Positions 26,791 to 28,436 of a stretch of 28,436 nt of DNA are shown piece by piece (the first letter of the stretch is position 1; each line of letters begins with the position of its first letter). The notes under the pieces are model-generated. The model was not told the origin of the DNA and searched no databases. It saw only the letters and a list, made by a program, of their open reading frames with translations. The position numbers and the translations under genes are program-made. Source of the DNA: Eledone cirrhosa (taxonomy: Eukaryota); assembly GCA_964016885.1 (NCBI GenBank), contig CAXHJY010001557.1, positions 1-28,436 of the forward strand. The letters are read 5' to 3'.

Positions 26791-26857
26791 GTCTCTTTCT
26801 TTCTCTCTCTGACTCTCTCTGTCTCTGTCTCTTTCTCTCTCTCTCTCTTTGTCTCTT

Positions 26858-26889
<32 letters not shown>

Positions 26890-26949
26890 TGTCTCTATTT
26901 TCTTTCTCTATCTCTGTCTCTTTCTCTCTCTCTGTCTCACTCTCTGTCT

Positions 26950-27006
<57 letters not shown>

Positions 27007-27013
27007 CTCGTTC

Positions 27014-27063
<50 letters not shown>

Positions 27064-27070
27064 CCTCTCT
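26741..27070. repeat. (CT)n/(GTCT)n polypyrimidine microsatellite
   Basis: Direct inspection. Confidence 0.95.
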
Positions 27071-28081
27071 GTATTAGTATGTCAATGTGTCAGTACCAGT
27101 GTAGTTAAGTGTATACATTTGTTATGTGTATTTGTGTGTGTGTCCCTGTGTATGTATGTGTGTGTGTGTCTCTGTGTATGTGTGTATGTGTGTGTGTCTG
27201 TGTGTTGTGTCAGTGTAGTTAAGTGTATACCTTTGTTGTATGTGTGTGTGTGTGTGTCCCTGTGTATGTATGTATGTGTGTGTGTCCCTGTGTGTGTGTG
27301 TGTGTCTGTGTGTTGCTGTTGTTTAGCCCTAGATCAGGCTTGATCGAGATAAACTATGAACTAAAAGCATTCCAGTCGTGACAATTCCGCCATTTTGCAA
27401 ACCTCCTGTACCTTTGACTTCATTATGCATTGTGTCTTTTTTTTTTTTTAACACTGCTAGGGCATGATTCGAAACCGTGACCCACAGCCGAATGTTCCGC
27501 TGGAATATGGAGTCTCTAAATCATCTTTAGATAACCAAGATCTGATTTTAAGAAGATTTAGATTAAATGATTACCTAATTAACAGTTCCCCTGTCGCAGG
27601 TGTAGAACGAAGCAAATCTTATACGGTTGAAACCAATTTGATCAGTAATTTAAATACGATGGAGTGGGGGAGAGGGCGAGGGCGTTGGCTAATCAGGACA
27701 CGGAATTATATAGTTAACTTCTCATAATTCCCATTGAATTATTTTCTAATTAATCGCTAAAAGTTCTAATTAACAACCACGTGATGGACATTGATAATTA
27801 CATATTAGGTGCTTGACACGGCTCCCAGTTTCTTGAACTTTTTCACCTGATCCAGGGTAGTTCCCAATCACACGTGGAGTGCACTGTGCTGGTTTTCTTA
27901 AGAAGACGAGAGTCTCAGTCTTCGTAGCGCTGATTTTCAATCCCTCTTGCTTCTACTCAAATTTTCCCCTCCACTAAGACCCCCCCCCCCCCCCCCCCCC
28001 ATATTTTTGTATCACTACCCACCGTCAGGAAATCATATCTTGCTCACAGAAATTAACTAAAGAAGGTAACGAAACAAATCA

Positions 28082-28131
<50 letters not shown>

Positions 28132-28137
28132 TATATA

Positions 28138-28343
28138 TAGAAGTGGTTACACAACAGTTAGTTCACCATACCGAGAACAATTGTTTCACCTTCGCGGATC
28201 TTCAGCTCGGGATGCTGAAGATCGCTAAGGTGAAACAGTTGTTTCTCGGTATGGCGAACTAACTGTTGTGTAACCACTTCTACCTAACTCGTCCCTTGGA
28301 CTGAGTGCTCTACCACTACGAATATTACCTTCCAGTGTTCCAC

Positions 28344-28348
<5 letters not shown>
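28138..28348 (+). mobile_element. Fold-back element (arms 28138-28206/28214-28282) with an HHR core in both arms
   Basis: Plus strand: TCGGGA tg CTGAAGA tcgctaaggt GAAA CAGTTG TT TCTCGG. Minus strand: CTGAAGA tCC gcgaa GGt GAAA CAATTG TT CTCGG. Flanked by TA tracts. Confidence 0.7.
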
Positions 28349-28379
<31 letters not shown>

Positions 28380-28436
28380 ATAATAATAATAGTAATAATA
28401 AATGTGAAGACTAAAATCCGAAGAGGGCTCGATAAG

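Noticed and set aside
27320-27970. Possible old repeat or LINE fragments and the 87-aa ORF at 27464-27727
   Set aside because: Only vague resemblance; no termini, second copy or motif to support a call.

Overview
Eukaryotic, repeat-dominated, AT-microsatellite-rich DNA with no intact protein-coding gene. The SINE family looks octopod/cephalopod-like, which is recognition from memory only. Bases 1-8770 are a near-perfect head-to-tail array of a 469-bp unit (18.7 copies visible, running off the left edge). Each unit carries a type I hammerhead ribozyme (HHR): AATATTG-CTGATGA-[GTTGT AACA ACAAC]-GAAA-CTAG-TT^CAATATT. Its stem III is minimal and palindromic, and the rest of the unit folds almost entirely into hairpins. 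This is the architecture of a non-LTR retrozyme or Penelope-like (PLE) pLTR array, predicted to self-cleave into 469-nt monomers or circles. The remaining ~19.6 kb holds about 14 further HHR or HHR-like loci from several unrelated short element families, mostly sitting in (TA)n tracts and often in fold-back palindromes centred on the ribozyme. It also holds a decayed hAT(m)-type transposase split by a tRNA-derived SINE, four SINE copies, MITEs, an RTE-like LINE remnant, a purine-rich minisatellite and long microsatellites. All structures were read by eye, not computed.
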